Part shown: positions 1-8,618 of the stretch, in pieces | Layout: every line of letters begins with the position of its first letter | Position numbering within the stretch: the first letter of the stretch is position 1 | Source: a bacterium | GTDB lineage: Bacteria > SZUA-182 > DTGQ01 > JAFGSM01 | Direction of reading: 5' to 3' | DNA: 25,930 nt | NCBI GenBank assembly: GCA_049472315.1 | Contig: JBLIRN010000040.1 | Coordinates: 1-25,930 of the forward strand | Translations under genes and position numbers: made by a program | The notes under the pieces: generated by a model | What the model saw: the letters and a program-made list of their open reading frames with translations, nothing else | The model's database searches: none | What the model was told of the DNA's origin: nothing

Positions 1-585
1 GAGATAGACCATGCCGATTGCGGGTACCGCCAGAAACGCTATCAATAGGATGCCGGGGATGATCCCGGCGATGAAGAGCTTGGCAATCGAGGTGCCGGTG
101 ATTGCCCCATAGATGATGAATCCGATGCTGGGCGGGATGATGATGGCCAGGCCACTCGATGTGGCGACCAGGGCGGTGACGAACCTTTTGGGGTAGCCTG
201 CCTCGGTCAGCCCGGGAATGAGCACGGACCCAAGGGCCGCGGTCTCTGCAGGTCCGGAGCCGGTGTTGGCCCCCATAATGAGTGCGGATATCACGGCGAC
301 GATGGCCAGGCCTCCGGGGATGGGCCCCACCAGAAGCTTTACCAGATGGATCAGGCGCTCGGCAATGCCGATCCGGTAGAAAATCACCCCCGCAAGGATG
401 AAAAGGGGGATGGCCACCAGGGATGGCTTGGCGATACTCGCAAACACGATGGTGGGCAGCGCCTGGATGCCGAGGCCGGACGCAGCGATGATCACGATCC
501 CGGACAACCCCAGGCAGACCGCGACAGGGACACCGCAGGCAAGGAGCAGCACAAAGGAGATATAGAGCCAGAGGCCGGGTGACAT
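1..585 (-). CDS. dctM: TRAP transporter large permease DctM (N-terminal part; runs off window edge)
   Basis: Absent from the ORF track because there is no stop in the window. Manual translation from ATG at 585, which overlaps the dctQ TGA (TGATG): MSPGLWLYISFVLLLACGVPVAVCLG...LVAIPFFILAG...GGLAIV...TGSGPAETAALG...GYPKRF...GLAIIIPPSIGFIIYG...SIAKLFIAGIIPG, typical DctM motifs. Confidence 0.93.
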   Translation of the reverse strand, partial: MSPGLWLYISFVLLLACGVPVAVCLGLSGIVIIAASGLGIQALPTIVFASIAKPSLVAIPLFILAGVIFYRIGIAERLIHLVKLLVGPIPGGLAIVAVISALIMGANTGSGPAETAALGSVLIPGLTEAGYPKRFVTALVATSSGLAIIIPPSIGFIIYGAITGTSIAKLFIAGIIPGILLIAFLAVPAIGMVYL

Positions 586-1058
586 CACCGATATGCCCGC
601 CATTCCCGGATGGTGAGCTGGGTGAAGCGGATCACAACGAGCAGCCCGCCGACCGGGATCGCAAGCGTGAAAAACCACAAAGGCCAGCCCAACGAATAGG
701 TCATCATCCTGATCCGGTATTCGGCCCAGGTTTCAAGACAGCCGTAGTAGGCAAGGAGCACAAACACCGTGCAGACCGCGCCCCATTGGAGGAGCAGGAA
801 CAGCCGCCTATACTGCTCCGATACCCTGCGCTGGACAAAGGTAATGGAGATGTGCGCCCCCTGTTTCACCGCCACCACGGCGCCGAGCATGGTGAGCCAT
901 ACGAAGAGGTTGACCACCAGTTCCTCTGAGGCGGCAAAGGAGAGCCCGGGGATGCAGCGGGTGATGATATTCGCGCCGGTAATGACGGCCATGGCGAGCA
1001 ATATGGCGGCGCACAGGATCTCTTCCAGATGACCGGCAATGGCGGGTATGCGTTTCAT
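585..1058 (-). CDS. dctQ: TRAP transporter small permease DctQ
   Basis: 157 aa, about 4 TM segments, SEELVVNLFVWLTMLGA...AHISI motif; lies between dctP and dctM. Confidence 0.92.
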   Translation of the reverse strand: MKRIPAIAGHLEEILCAAILLAMAVITGANIITRCIPGLSFAASEELVVNLFVWLTMLGAVVAVKQGAHISITFVQRRVSEQYRRLFLLLQWGAVCTVFVLLAYYGCLETWAEYRIRMMTYSLGWPLWFFTLAIPVGGLLVVIRFTQLTIREWRAYR

Positions 1059-1068
1059 GGATATCTGC

Positions 1069-2076
1069 TCAAGGTCTCCGGATGGAATCCTCGAATACCC
1101 TTACCAGGTCCCGGCCGATCGTTTCCGCGTATTTCTGGAATACGGGCCTGGTCTCCTGTCGGAATGCCTCCAACTGGGCGTCTGAAAGCTGGGTGATGGT
1201 AACCCCCTTTTCCTTCTCCAGGAAGGCAAGGGCGTCATCCAGGCCCGAGCGCGCCAACTCCTTTTGATACGCCATTGCCTCCCGGGCGCATGCCTTCAAA
1301 AGCCCACGATCATCAGGGGTGAAGGTCTCCCATAGGTCCTTGTTGCAGCTCAGGATAAGGGCGTCATAGGAATAGTGCCACAGGGTGAGATGCTTGTGGT
1401 ATTCCGCAATCTCGTAAGGCAGGATCACCCCCACCACCGGGTTTTCCTCCGCATCCACTACCCCTTTGCGAAAGGCGGTCAATGCCTCCGCCCACACCAT
1501 GGCCGTGGGGTTGGCATCCAATGCCTGAAAGATATCGATGTAGATCGGGGAGCATACCCGCACCTTCATGCCCTTCAGATCTTCAGGGGATGTGACCGGT
1601 TTCAGCCGGTTGGTCAATTCCCTGAATCCGTTTTCCCCCCATCCCAGGACCACCAGGTTGTGCCGTGCAAGGATTTCCTCCATCATGGCGCCGGCATCGG
1701 AGGAAACCGCCCGGTCCACTGCTGTGTGATCGGGGAAAAGGAAGGGAAGGGAAAACACGTTCAGCTCGGGAATGGAAGGGGTGTAATTGATGGTCGAATT
1801 GAGTGAAAAATCGATGCTGCCCGATTGGAGCAAACGGATCTCCCTCATCTGGTCCCCGGCGGCAAGCACCATGTTGTAATAGGGCTTTATACGGATCCTT
1901 CCGTCGGATCGCTCACGGACGAGCTCGGCGAATCGCGCAGCCCCCTTTCCCCATGCCGTTTCCGCGGACACATTGACGCTCAGTTTGTAATCCCTTTTTT
2001 GCATGCATCCCGGGGAGAGAAAACAGCAGAAAGACAGAATACAAAGCCCTAAAATCATTTTTTGTTTGTGTGTCAT
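1069..2076 (-). CDS. dctP: TRAP transporter substrate-binding protein DctP (possibly a lipoprotein)
   Basis: ENGFRELTN...PEDLKGMKVR...GVVDAEENP DctP motifs. Start moved from 2124 to ATG 2076 (AGGGGGG RBS; signal peptide MTHKQKMILGLCILSFCCFLSPGC). Confidence 0.93.
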   Translation of the reverse strand: MTHKQKMILGLCILSFCCFLSPGCMQKRDYKLSVNVSAETAWGKGAARFAELVRERSDGRIRIKPYYNMVLAAGDQMREIRLLQSGSIDFSLNSTINYTPSIPELNVFSLPFLFPDHTAVDRAVSSDAGAMMEEILARHNLVVLGWGENGFRELTNRLKPVTSPEDLKGMKVRVCSPIYIDIFQALDANPTAMVWAEALTAFRKGVVDAEENPVVGVILPYEIAEYHKHLTLWHYSYDALILSCNKDLWETFTPDDRGLLKACAREAMAYQKELARSGLDDALAFLEKEKGVTITQLSDAQLEAFRQETRPVFQKYAETIGRDLVRVFEDSIRRP

Positions 2077-2311
2077 GGCGTGCCCCCCTTTTTGTCCGGG
2101 ATTCTCGTGCATTGTTGATATCATTGGCTATTTCGCCTGCACCGACCTTTACGCTGTTTTTATATTTCAAGAACGGTTTTCTCAAAGGTGTTACCACCGC
2201 CGTACCCCTTTCGATCTTCCACTCGAGTGTATCATTCACAGAAATTTTCAGCCTTTCTCGGACCTCCTTTGGTATGGTGGTCTGAAATTTTGACGTTATA
2301 GAGGATCTCAT
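1913..2311 (-). CDS. AbrB/MazE/SpoVT-family DNA-binding protein (antitoxin-like), with a read-through tail overlapping dctP
   Basis: MRSSITSKFQTTIPKEVRERLKISVNDTLEWKIERGTAVVTP matches the AbrB swapped-hairpin pattern. Sequence after about aa 78 overlaps dctP and looks non-homologous. Alternative start at 2323. Confidence 0.8.
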   Translation of the reverse strand: MRSSITSKFQTTIPKEVRERLKISVNDTLEWKIERGTAVVTPLRKPFLKYKNSVKVGAGEIANDINNARESRTKRGARHDTQTKNDFRALYSVFLLFSLPGMHAKKGLQTERQCVRGNGMGKGGCAIRRARP

Positions 2312-2348
2312 ATGCGTCACCATTCTTTTCTAAAAATTTTACAGATAA

Positions 2349-2377
2349 ATCATGAGGTAAGGATAAAGGATTGTCAA
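2349..2377 (-). promoter_or_regulatory. sigma70-type promoter for abrB-dctPQM
   Basis: Minus strand TTGACA (2377-2372), 17-nt spacer, CATGAT (2354-2349). Confidence 0.6.
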
Positions 2378-2434
2378 GCGAGGGGGGAACAGTTCTTATG
2401 TGGAGCATTTTGTGATGTAGTCAAATGCACGGAT

Positions 2435-3475
2435 TTAGCTGATCAGCAGCCAGAGAAAGAAGGGGCCGCCCAGCAGGGCGGTGATGATCCCCACCGGGAT
2501 CTCCGCGGGGGCGATGAGGGTCCGGGCCAGGGTGTCGCACAAGGTGAGGAAGACCCCCCCGAACAGAAGGGTTGCCGGCGTGAGGTACCGGTGATTCGGA
2601 CCGATGATGAGCCGGCAGATGTGAGGGGTCATCATCCCCACGAACCCTATGGGGCCGCATATGGCAACCACCCCGCCCACCATCAGGGAGGTTCCGAAGA
2701 ATATGAGCTTCTTGACGGCGGTGAGTGCAACGCCCCTGCTTGCGGCGATCTCCTCCCCCACGGTCAGGAGGTTCAATTCATGGGTGAGAAAAAGGATAAC
2801 GGCGCCGCCTACCAACACAAAGGGGAACATGGCGAGGAGCGGATCGAACCCGATCACCTCCAGGCCGCCCATCAGCCATCGCAGGATGCGGAACGAATGG
2901 GTGAAGTCGCACAGGTACTGGATGAACATGATCAGGCTGGAAAAGAAGAAGCTCATGGCAACCCCTGCAAGGAGCATGGTGGCGGTTGAGAATCCCCTGC
3001 GCGCCGTTGAGAGGGCGTATACGATCAGGATGGCCAGGAGCGCCCCCAGGAATGCGGCAAGGGTGAGTCCTGAGATACCGAGGATGCTGAAGGTGATCCC
3101 GCAGCTCATATACACGGAGGCACCGAACGCCGCACCGCTCGATACACCGAGCGTAAAGGGGGTGGCCAGGGGGTTGCGGAACATGGCCTGGAAGGCCATG
3201 CCGCTGAGGCCGAGCCCGGCCCCTGCCAGGAATGCCGTCAGCACACGAGGAATTCGGAACTGCCAGAGGATCTCGGATTCCCACGGTATGCGGGAGGAAT
3301 GAAAAAGGACCCCGGGCGGGATATGCTTCATCCCGATGAAGGGGGTGAATGACAGAACGACTAGGGTAAGGAGCCCGAGAACGGCAATGAGCAGGAGGCT
3401 CCTCCGGCCCTTGATGGGGATCGAATGGACATCAATCGATTGCATCATCGAAATAAATTCCGTTTCATCGAACAA
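2435..3475 (-). CDS. btuC: Cobalamin/iron-chelate ABC permease (FecCD/BtuC family)
   Basis: RIPRVLTAFLAGAGLGLSG...FQAMFRNPLATP...GEEIAASRGV...GPIGFVG...EIPVGIITALLGGPFFL motifs; B12 riboswitch context. Start uncertain (3475 or 3448/3445). Confidence 0.88.
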   Translation of the reverse strand: MFDETEFISMMQSIDVHSIPIKGRRSLLLIAVLGLLTLVVLSFTPFIGMKHIPPGVLFHSSRIPWESEILWQFRIPRVLTAFLAGAGLGLSGMAFQAMFRNPLATPFTLGVSSGAAFGASVYMSCGITFSILGISGLTLAAFLGALLAILIVYALSTARRGFSTATMLLAGVAMSFFFSSLIMFIQYLCDFTHSFRILRWLMGGLEVIGFDPLLAMFPFVLVGGAVILFLTHELNLLTVGEEIAASRGVALTAVKKLIFFGTSLMVGGVVAICGPIGFVGMMTPHICRLIIGPNHRYLTPATLLFGGVFLTLCDTLARTLIAPAEIPVGIITALLGGPFFLWLLIS

Positions 3476-3630
3476 TAATCGCAGCGAAGCTGATCAGTCA
3501 TGACGGATCAGTCGGACCCTGCGTCCCACGGCGGCCGCCGGATCAGGAGTCGATGGTTTAACGTACCATACACCGGGTAATGTGCGGTGTCCTGCATCCC
3601 TGCGCATCCTTCCACCCTGGGGCAGTTCGA

Positions 3631-4413
3631 TCATACGACGATCGGTTTGCCTGTCCGGGGGTGTTTCAGGAACATGAAGCGCTTGTCGTATATCGCATGG
3701 AGCAGCCCCTGTTCCATCAACTCCTCCGGCGATCCGCAAAACACCACCTCTCCCTGCTTGAGGGCGATGATCCGGGTGCTTGCCCTGAGTGCGCTGTTTA
3801 TGTCGTGTGTGGCGGCGACGATAGTGACCCCCGACTCTCGGTTGATGCGTTCGAGCATCTCCTGGATATCATCCTGATGGCGGGGATCGAGGAAGGTCGT
3901 CGGCTCGTCGAGGAGCAGTATCCCGGGGCCCTGGGCGAGCGCAGCGGCGATGAATACCTTCTGGCGCTCCCCACCGCTCAGGGTGCTCACGATGCGATGC
4001 GCAAGGCCATGGGTGCCCGTCAACCGGAGGGCATCGAAGACCGCGTCCCGGTCTCCCCTTGTGGACGGAGAAAAGGGATTCAGGGATGGATAGCGGCCCA
4101 TGAGCACGAATTCATACACCGAGAACAGGGAGGTATCCCCTGCGGTCTGTGGCACATATCCCATGCGCCGGGCAATCTCCTTCTGGGTATACGCACGAAG
4201 GGGGATATGGTCAAGAAGGATGCACCCGCCGGTGTTTCGATGAATGCGGTCCAGGCACTTTATCAGCGTGGTCTTCCCCGACCCATTGGGGCCGATGACG
4301 GAGAGGTGCTCGCCCTGGTGCACGGTGAAGGAGACCCTTTTCAGGATCTCGGTCCTGCCGAGCACCATGGAGAGGTCCTGCACCTCGATAATGTTCGTGT
4401 TCATTTCATTCAT
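3631..4413 (-). CDS. btuD: Cobalamin/iron-chelate ABC ATPase (BtuD/FepC type)
   Basis: Walker A GPNGSGKT, signature LSGGERQ, Walker B LLLDEPT, H-loop THD. Confidence 0.9.
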   Translation of the reverse strand: MNEMNTNIIEVQDLSMVLGRTEILKRVSFTVHQGEHLSVIGPNGSGKTTLIKCLDRIHRNTGGCILLDHIPLRAYTQKEIARRMGYVPQTAGDTSLFSVYEFVLMGRYPSLNPFSPSTRGDRDAVFDALRLTGTHGLAHRIVSTLSGGERQKVFIAAALAQGPGILLLDEPTTFLDPRHQDDIQEMLERINRESGVTIVAATHDINSALRASTRIIALKQGEVVFCGSPEELMEQGLLHAIYDKRFMFLKHPRTGKPIVV

Positions 4414-5377
4414 CCCAGTCTACCGTTGGATGGAGCACTCGGGCCATCTGCTCCAGGGTCAGGATGAAGCGCGGCCCCGGTGTTGCCACGTGGTCGTCGC
4501 CCAGGATGTAGATCCGTTTGTTTTTCACCGCGTCAATCCCCTTCAACTGGTGCCATTCGCTCTTCACCTTCTCTTCATTCCATCCCTGGTCGACGAGATC
4601 GGGGATGATCTCGATGATGACCTCAGGGTTCATTCGGGTGATCCCCTCACCGGTCACGGACGGATACTGGAGGGACGGGCCGTCGTATACATTGACACCC
4701 CCCGCCAGGGTGAGCATCTCATGGTAGAATCCCTTCCTGCCGCATATAAACACATCCTCCAGCATCCCCGTACCAATGGTCCTGCCGATGCATACCATCA
4801 CCCTGGGCCGGGGAAGCCCCCGGATTCGTTTCCCTATCCTGCCCATTTTAGTGGTGATTGCAGAGACAAGGGCGCATGCCTTCTCCTCTATGCCGAACAT
4901 CCTTCCGATGGTCAGGATCGAGTCCAGGATTCCCCTGGTATCCCGCTGGTCCACCACCAGCAGAGGGATACCCATTTCCGTGAGGGATTTCCTCTGTTTC
5001 TCGTGCTCGGTGAGCACGATGACCAGGTCGGGCTGCAGGGATAGAATGGCCTCGTAGGAGGTGTCGTAGTAGCCGCCCACCTTCTCCTTTGTTTGCGCCT
5101 CCGGGGGAAAATCGCAAAAGGTGGTGACCCCCTTCACCCGATCCCCCAATTCCAGGGCAAAGAGCACCTCGGTGATGCTCGGGGCAAGGGAGATGACGCG
5201 CGAATAGTTCATCGCCGGGTGGGCCTTTGCCTCCGCATCTATCCATTCACCGTCCTTCTGGCATTCCCGTGTGCCGGGAGCCGTGTGGTGACTCCCTGTC
5301 CTTATCATGATCCCTATCGCAGCGAGGAGGACGAGGAGAAGGATGACAAGGTATGCCCTTCTCAAAACAGGTCTCAT
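4406..5377 (-). CDS. btuF: Cobalamin-binding periplasmic protein (BtuF-like helical-backbone family)
   Basis: RVISLAPSITEVLFALELGDRVKGVTTFCDFP...YEAILSLQPDLV...AVKNKRIY...PGPR; N-terminal hydrophobic anchor. Confidence 0.88.
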   Translation of the reverse strand: MRPVLRRAYLVILLLVLLAAIGIMIRTGSHHTAPGTRECQKDGEWIDAEAKAHPAMNYSRVISLAPSITEVLFALELGDRVKGVTTFCDFPPEAQTKEKVGGYYDTSYEAILSLQPDLVIVLTEHEKQRKSLTEMGIPLLVVDQRDTRGILDSILTIGRMFGIEEKACALVSAITTKMGRIGKRIRGLPRPRVMVCIGRTIGTGMLEDVFICGRKGFYHEMLTLAGGVNVYDGPSLQYPSVTGEGITRMNPEVIIEIIPDLVDQGWNEEKVKSEWHQLKGIDAVKNKRIYILGDDHVATPGPRFILTLEQMARVLHPTVDWDE

Positions 5378-7377
5378 AACAGGAACCTGAAACCGGCGAA
5401 CCCGTTGATGCCGGGTGTGCCGTATCCCTTTACCTCTTCGTAGCGCTCGTCGAGGAGGTTGTCCACCCTGCCGAAGACCTGGAACGACTCGGTCACCGAA
5501 TAGGAGGCGGAAAGGTTTACCAGAACATACTCTCTGAGGATGATCCTGGTGGCGGGCGAGGTTGAATAATCGTTATCGTAGCGCCTACCCACATATCGGA
5601 CCTCAAGGTGTGCGGTGCCCTTTTCCGCCAGTGCATAGTCGGCCCCCAGGGAGAAGCGGTTTCTCGCCCTATGGAGAAATGATTCACCGGTGGAGAGGTC
5701 CTCTGTGTCGGTATAGGTGTAGCTCCCCTTCAGGGTAAGGTCATCCGCAGGCCGGGCTGATAGCATGCATTCGATCCCCTGGGATCTTGCCTTTTGGATA
5801 TTTTCATACTTCCATGTATCCCAGTCGAAGGTGATCATCTCCCTGAACCTGTTGCGGAAGAAGGTGATGCCTGTGACTACCTTGTCATTCCATACCCCCT
5901 GCTCGATGCCGCAATCCCATCCGTAGCTTTTCTCCGGCTCGAGGGCAGGGCTCCCGTATAGTGGGGAATAGAGCTGGTACAGGGATGGGGCCTTGAAACC
6001 GGTGCCGTAGGATGCCTTGAGCCTTGTTCCCATCGTATTGACCCTATACGCGGAGGCAATCCGATAGGTCTCCTCGGTACCGAAGGATTTGTAGTCATCG
6101 ACGCGCACGCCTAAGGTGGCAACGAAACGGTCATCCAGGGTGATGTGGTCCTGGAGGAAGCAGCCTACGGTGCGTGCTGTCAGATCATCCTTCGAATCGG
6201 CATATGGCCCCCATATGCTTTCGGAATACTCCTGGTATTGCCCCCTTTCCTCTTCGTATTCCAGCAATCCGATGGTCAGGGTATGGCTTGGGTGAATCTC
6301 GATATCGTGCTGCCAGTTGAAGGAAACCATGTCGCTTTCATAGGAGTTTTGGGAGAGGTCCGCAGGGTGGTTCGGGTCAGTGCCGTTCGAATAGTGCCTT
6401 TGGTGCTTTGCATAGGAGAAGCCGAGTTTTTGGTTCCATCGCATGTCGAAGAGCGACAGACGCGGTTCTATCTTCAAAAACGACTGGTGCGTGGTAAACA
6501 CATAGTTTATATCGTCGCCATCTGTCCCGCCGGAATTATCCATGTCACCCTCCGCATCGATGTGCCTGACCATGAGGTCCACGCCGAATTCCTGCGTAGG
6601 GGTAAGGCCCAGGCGGGCGGATGCCGTGGTATTCTCGTATCCATCCCTTTCCGTGTTCCCGTATTCCTTGGCTGCGGCGGAGATCCCGTCCGTATAGTAC
6701 CGGGAGAGGCCGATCGAGTAGTTCATGAGATCGGTGCCCCTGCTGATCCTCAATGCACCCCTGTAGGAGTCGAAGGAACCCATCTCATTCGAAAGGGAGA
6801 CCTTGGGATCCCCCTCTCCCTTTTGGGTGATGATGTTGATCACCCCGCCGATGGCATCCGATCCGTACAGTGCGCTCTGCGGCCCTCTCAGGACCTCGAT
6901 ACGATCGATATTGTCGATGAGGAGGCCCGAGAAATTGGAGGACCGATCGATTGAGATGGGATCATTCACCTCCACCCCGTCTATGAGCACCAGGGTGTGA
7001 CGTGTCTCCGCCCCCCGTATCTTGATATTGCTGTTTCCCCCTAGCCCTCCCACCTGGACGGGGTCCAGCCCCGGTATGTCCCGCAGTGCCTCAATCACTG
7101 CTCGCGACTGCGCCGTATCCATATCCTCGCCGGAGACAACGCTGTATGAGCTTGCTATCTCCCGGGCGGGGGTCTCCATGCGGGTCGCGGTCACCACCAC
7201 CTCCGGAAGGGTGATCTTCTTTATCCCTCCCTCATTCTCCTCTTCGAGCACGGGGTCGACGTCCCCCATACCGATCCCTTCTTGGGCATTCACAATGGGT
7301 AAGCAAACAAAACAGCACAGCAGGGTTATCATTACAATGGCTATGGCAATCCTTATGGGTTTCATTTGATGCAACAA
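5374..7377 (-). CDS. btuB: TonB-dependent outer-membrane receptor, BtuB-like
   Basis: Signal peptide, TonB box EVVVTATR, plug IDRIEVLRGPQSALYGSDAIGGVINIIT, barrel C-terminal NLLDERY; first gene after the B12 riboswitch. Start may be ATG 7365. Confidence 0.9.
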   Translation of the reverse strand: MLHQMKPIRIAIAIVMITLLCCFVCLPIVNAQEGIGMGDVDPVLEEENEGGIKKITLPEVVVTATRMETPAREIASSYSVVSGEDMDTAQSRAVIEALRDIPGLDPVQVGGLGGNSNIKIRGAETRHTLVLIDGVEVNDPISIDRSSNFSGLLIDNIDRIEVLRGPQSALYGSDAIGGVINIITQKGEGDPKVSLSNEMGSFDSYRGALRISRGTDLMNYSIGLSRYYTDGISAAAKEYGNTERDGYENTTASARLGLTPTQEFGVDLMVRHIDAEGDMDNSGGTDGDDINYVFTTHQSFLKIEPRLSLFDMRWNQKLGFSYAKHQRHYSNGTDPNHPADLSQNSYESDMVSFNWQHDIEIHPSHTLTIGLLEYEEERGQYQEYSESIWGPYADSKDDLTARTVGCFLQDHITLDDRFVATLGVRVDDYKSFGTEETYRIASAYRVNTMGTRLKASYGTGFKAPSLYQLYSPLYGSPALEPEKSYGWDCGIEQGVWNDKVVTGITFFRNRFREMITFDWDTWKYENIQKARSQGIECMLSARPADDLTLKGSYTYTDTEDLSTGESFLHRARNRFSLGADYALAEKGTAHLEVRYVGRRYDNDYSTSPATRIILREYVLVNLSASYSVTESFQVFGRVDNLLDERYEEVKGYGTPGINGFAGFRFLL

Positions 7378-7450
7378 CCTCCTCTTTTTGCTGAGAAGCG
7401 AATCCGGGATTCATGCGGTCAACAACAGCATTCCGGTCCGCGCATACGGC

Positions 7451-7486
7451 AAAAAAAATCCCCGGACCCATTGTGGGCCCGGGGAT
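7451..7486 (-). terminator. Intrinsic terminator (riboswitch attenuator)
   Basis: Minus strand ATCCCCGGGCCCA-CAA-TGGGTCCGGGGAT followed by a T run; lies between the aptamer and btuB. Confidence 0.85.
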
Positions 7487-7560
7487 GCCGTTTTCCATCC
7501 TCAGCATACATGGTTACACGTGACCTCTCTCCGCGAAGGTCTTTTCCCAGTGTATGTCAA

Positions 7561-7763
7561 TGCAGGCAGGTCTTCTGGCTCCCGGATCTCTCTACTTACC
7601 GCGCCTTCCCGTCATTATGACAGTGGCATTGGTGCGGCATTCGTCCCCGGATACAGCGGCGGGTCCGCAACGGCTTTTCACCGTTTTCCCTTATCCTGCG
7701 ATCAGTACAGCATGTATTCTGTTGCGTCAGGGTGCTGGCAGCCCTTATTAATAGCGCCACCTG
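7561..7763 (-). ncRNA. Cobalamin (AdoCbl) riboswitch
   Basis: Minus strand carries the conserved blocks in order: AAGGGAA-aaCGGTGaaaagCCG-ttgCGGaCCCGCCGCTGT...GCCACTG...GGGAAGGC...GAGCCAGAAGACCTGCC (B12 box). The 5' boundary is uncertain (about 7700-7763). Confidence 0.95.
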
Positions 7764-8137
7764 AACAATTCGAATGTCACCGCGTTTTCCTGGCCTGAAA
7801 ACGAGCGCATACGGGGCAGCGGGAGATGGCAGCTCAACCGGTCACCGTCAAGATAAAGCAATGATTGGGTTTCCGTTGCGATACCGAACGCTGCGCCCAC
7901 AAACGCCCCTATGGTGGCGCCGATGCCCAGGTTTCTCCCCCAGTCGTCGCCATGGGCATCTCCGTCGGCAACGGTAACCGCTGCAGCGATGACCGTGCCT
8001 GTGGCGAGACCGAACATGGTGTCGACGAAGACGCTCTTCAGCGGCCTTTCGGCAGCCCGGACAGAGCGTGGGAGGCTGAACAGACAGACGGATACAAAGA
8101 AAATTACTATCATGATGATAGATACTGATCTTTTCAT
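7748..8137 (-). CDS. Hypothetical exported/membrane protein (Gly/Ala-rich helical hairpin, C-terminal aromatic beta-strand)
   Basis: AGGAG RBS, signal peptide ending VRA, two Gly/Ala-rich hydrophobic segments, ends FELFRWRY. Confidence 0.75.
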   Translation of the reverse strand: MKRSVSIIMIVIFFVSVCLFSLPRSVRAAERPLKSVFVDTMFGLATGTVIAAAVTVADGDAHGDDWGRNLGIGATIGAFVGAAFGIATETQSLLYLDGDRLSCHLPLPRMRSFSGQENAVTFELFRWRY

Positions 8138-8618
8138 GGCCGCTCCTATTGATGAGGTAAAAATGGGTGTTTATACTGCCGAGAAATAATTGTACACCAA
8201 CCGGTGCAAAGAATTCAATATCGCTCCGCAAATATGCCTGCCCCCAAAATGCTGAGATGCAATATCAAAATTGGAATTGCCGGTAAGGAGGAGGGTAAGA
8301 GAGGTTAAGAAGGGATGTATTGAACGGTTGTTATCGCTCAAAATCGGCTGGAAGGGCATGGATCTGTTCGAACGTGGTGATGACGGTGTTACAAGGGTTG
8401 TAAACTCATCAGCCGCTGATATAATATGTCCGGAAGCCTTGACCGAGGTCTGGTTTCATCCTGATCGCGCATTGGTATCCCTGCCGTTTTCATAATTCTA
8501 TCTAATTTACAACATATTTTTTGTAATTATATAAACTAATACATTAAGATTAGGCAGATAGTAGCATAAAAAACAATAAATTATAATTAAAAAAGTTGAT
8601 CAGGAGGGAAGCCATTCA

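Noticed and set aside
3494..3739. 81-aa ORF between btuD and btuC
   Set aside because: Overlaps btuD out of frame and has no recognisable motif or RBS.
8190..8210. NtrC-like binding site (minus strand TGCACCGGTTGGTGTA)
   Set aside because: One base short of the 17-bp consensus spacing, and no sigma54 -24/-12 element was recognised nearby.
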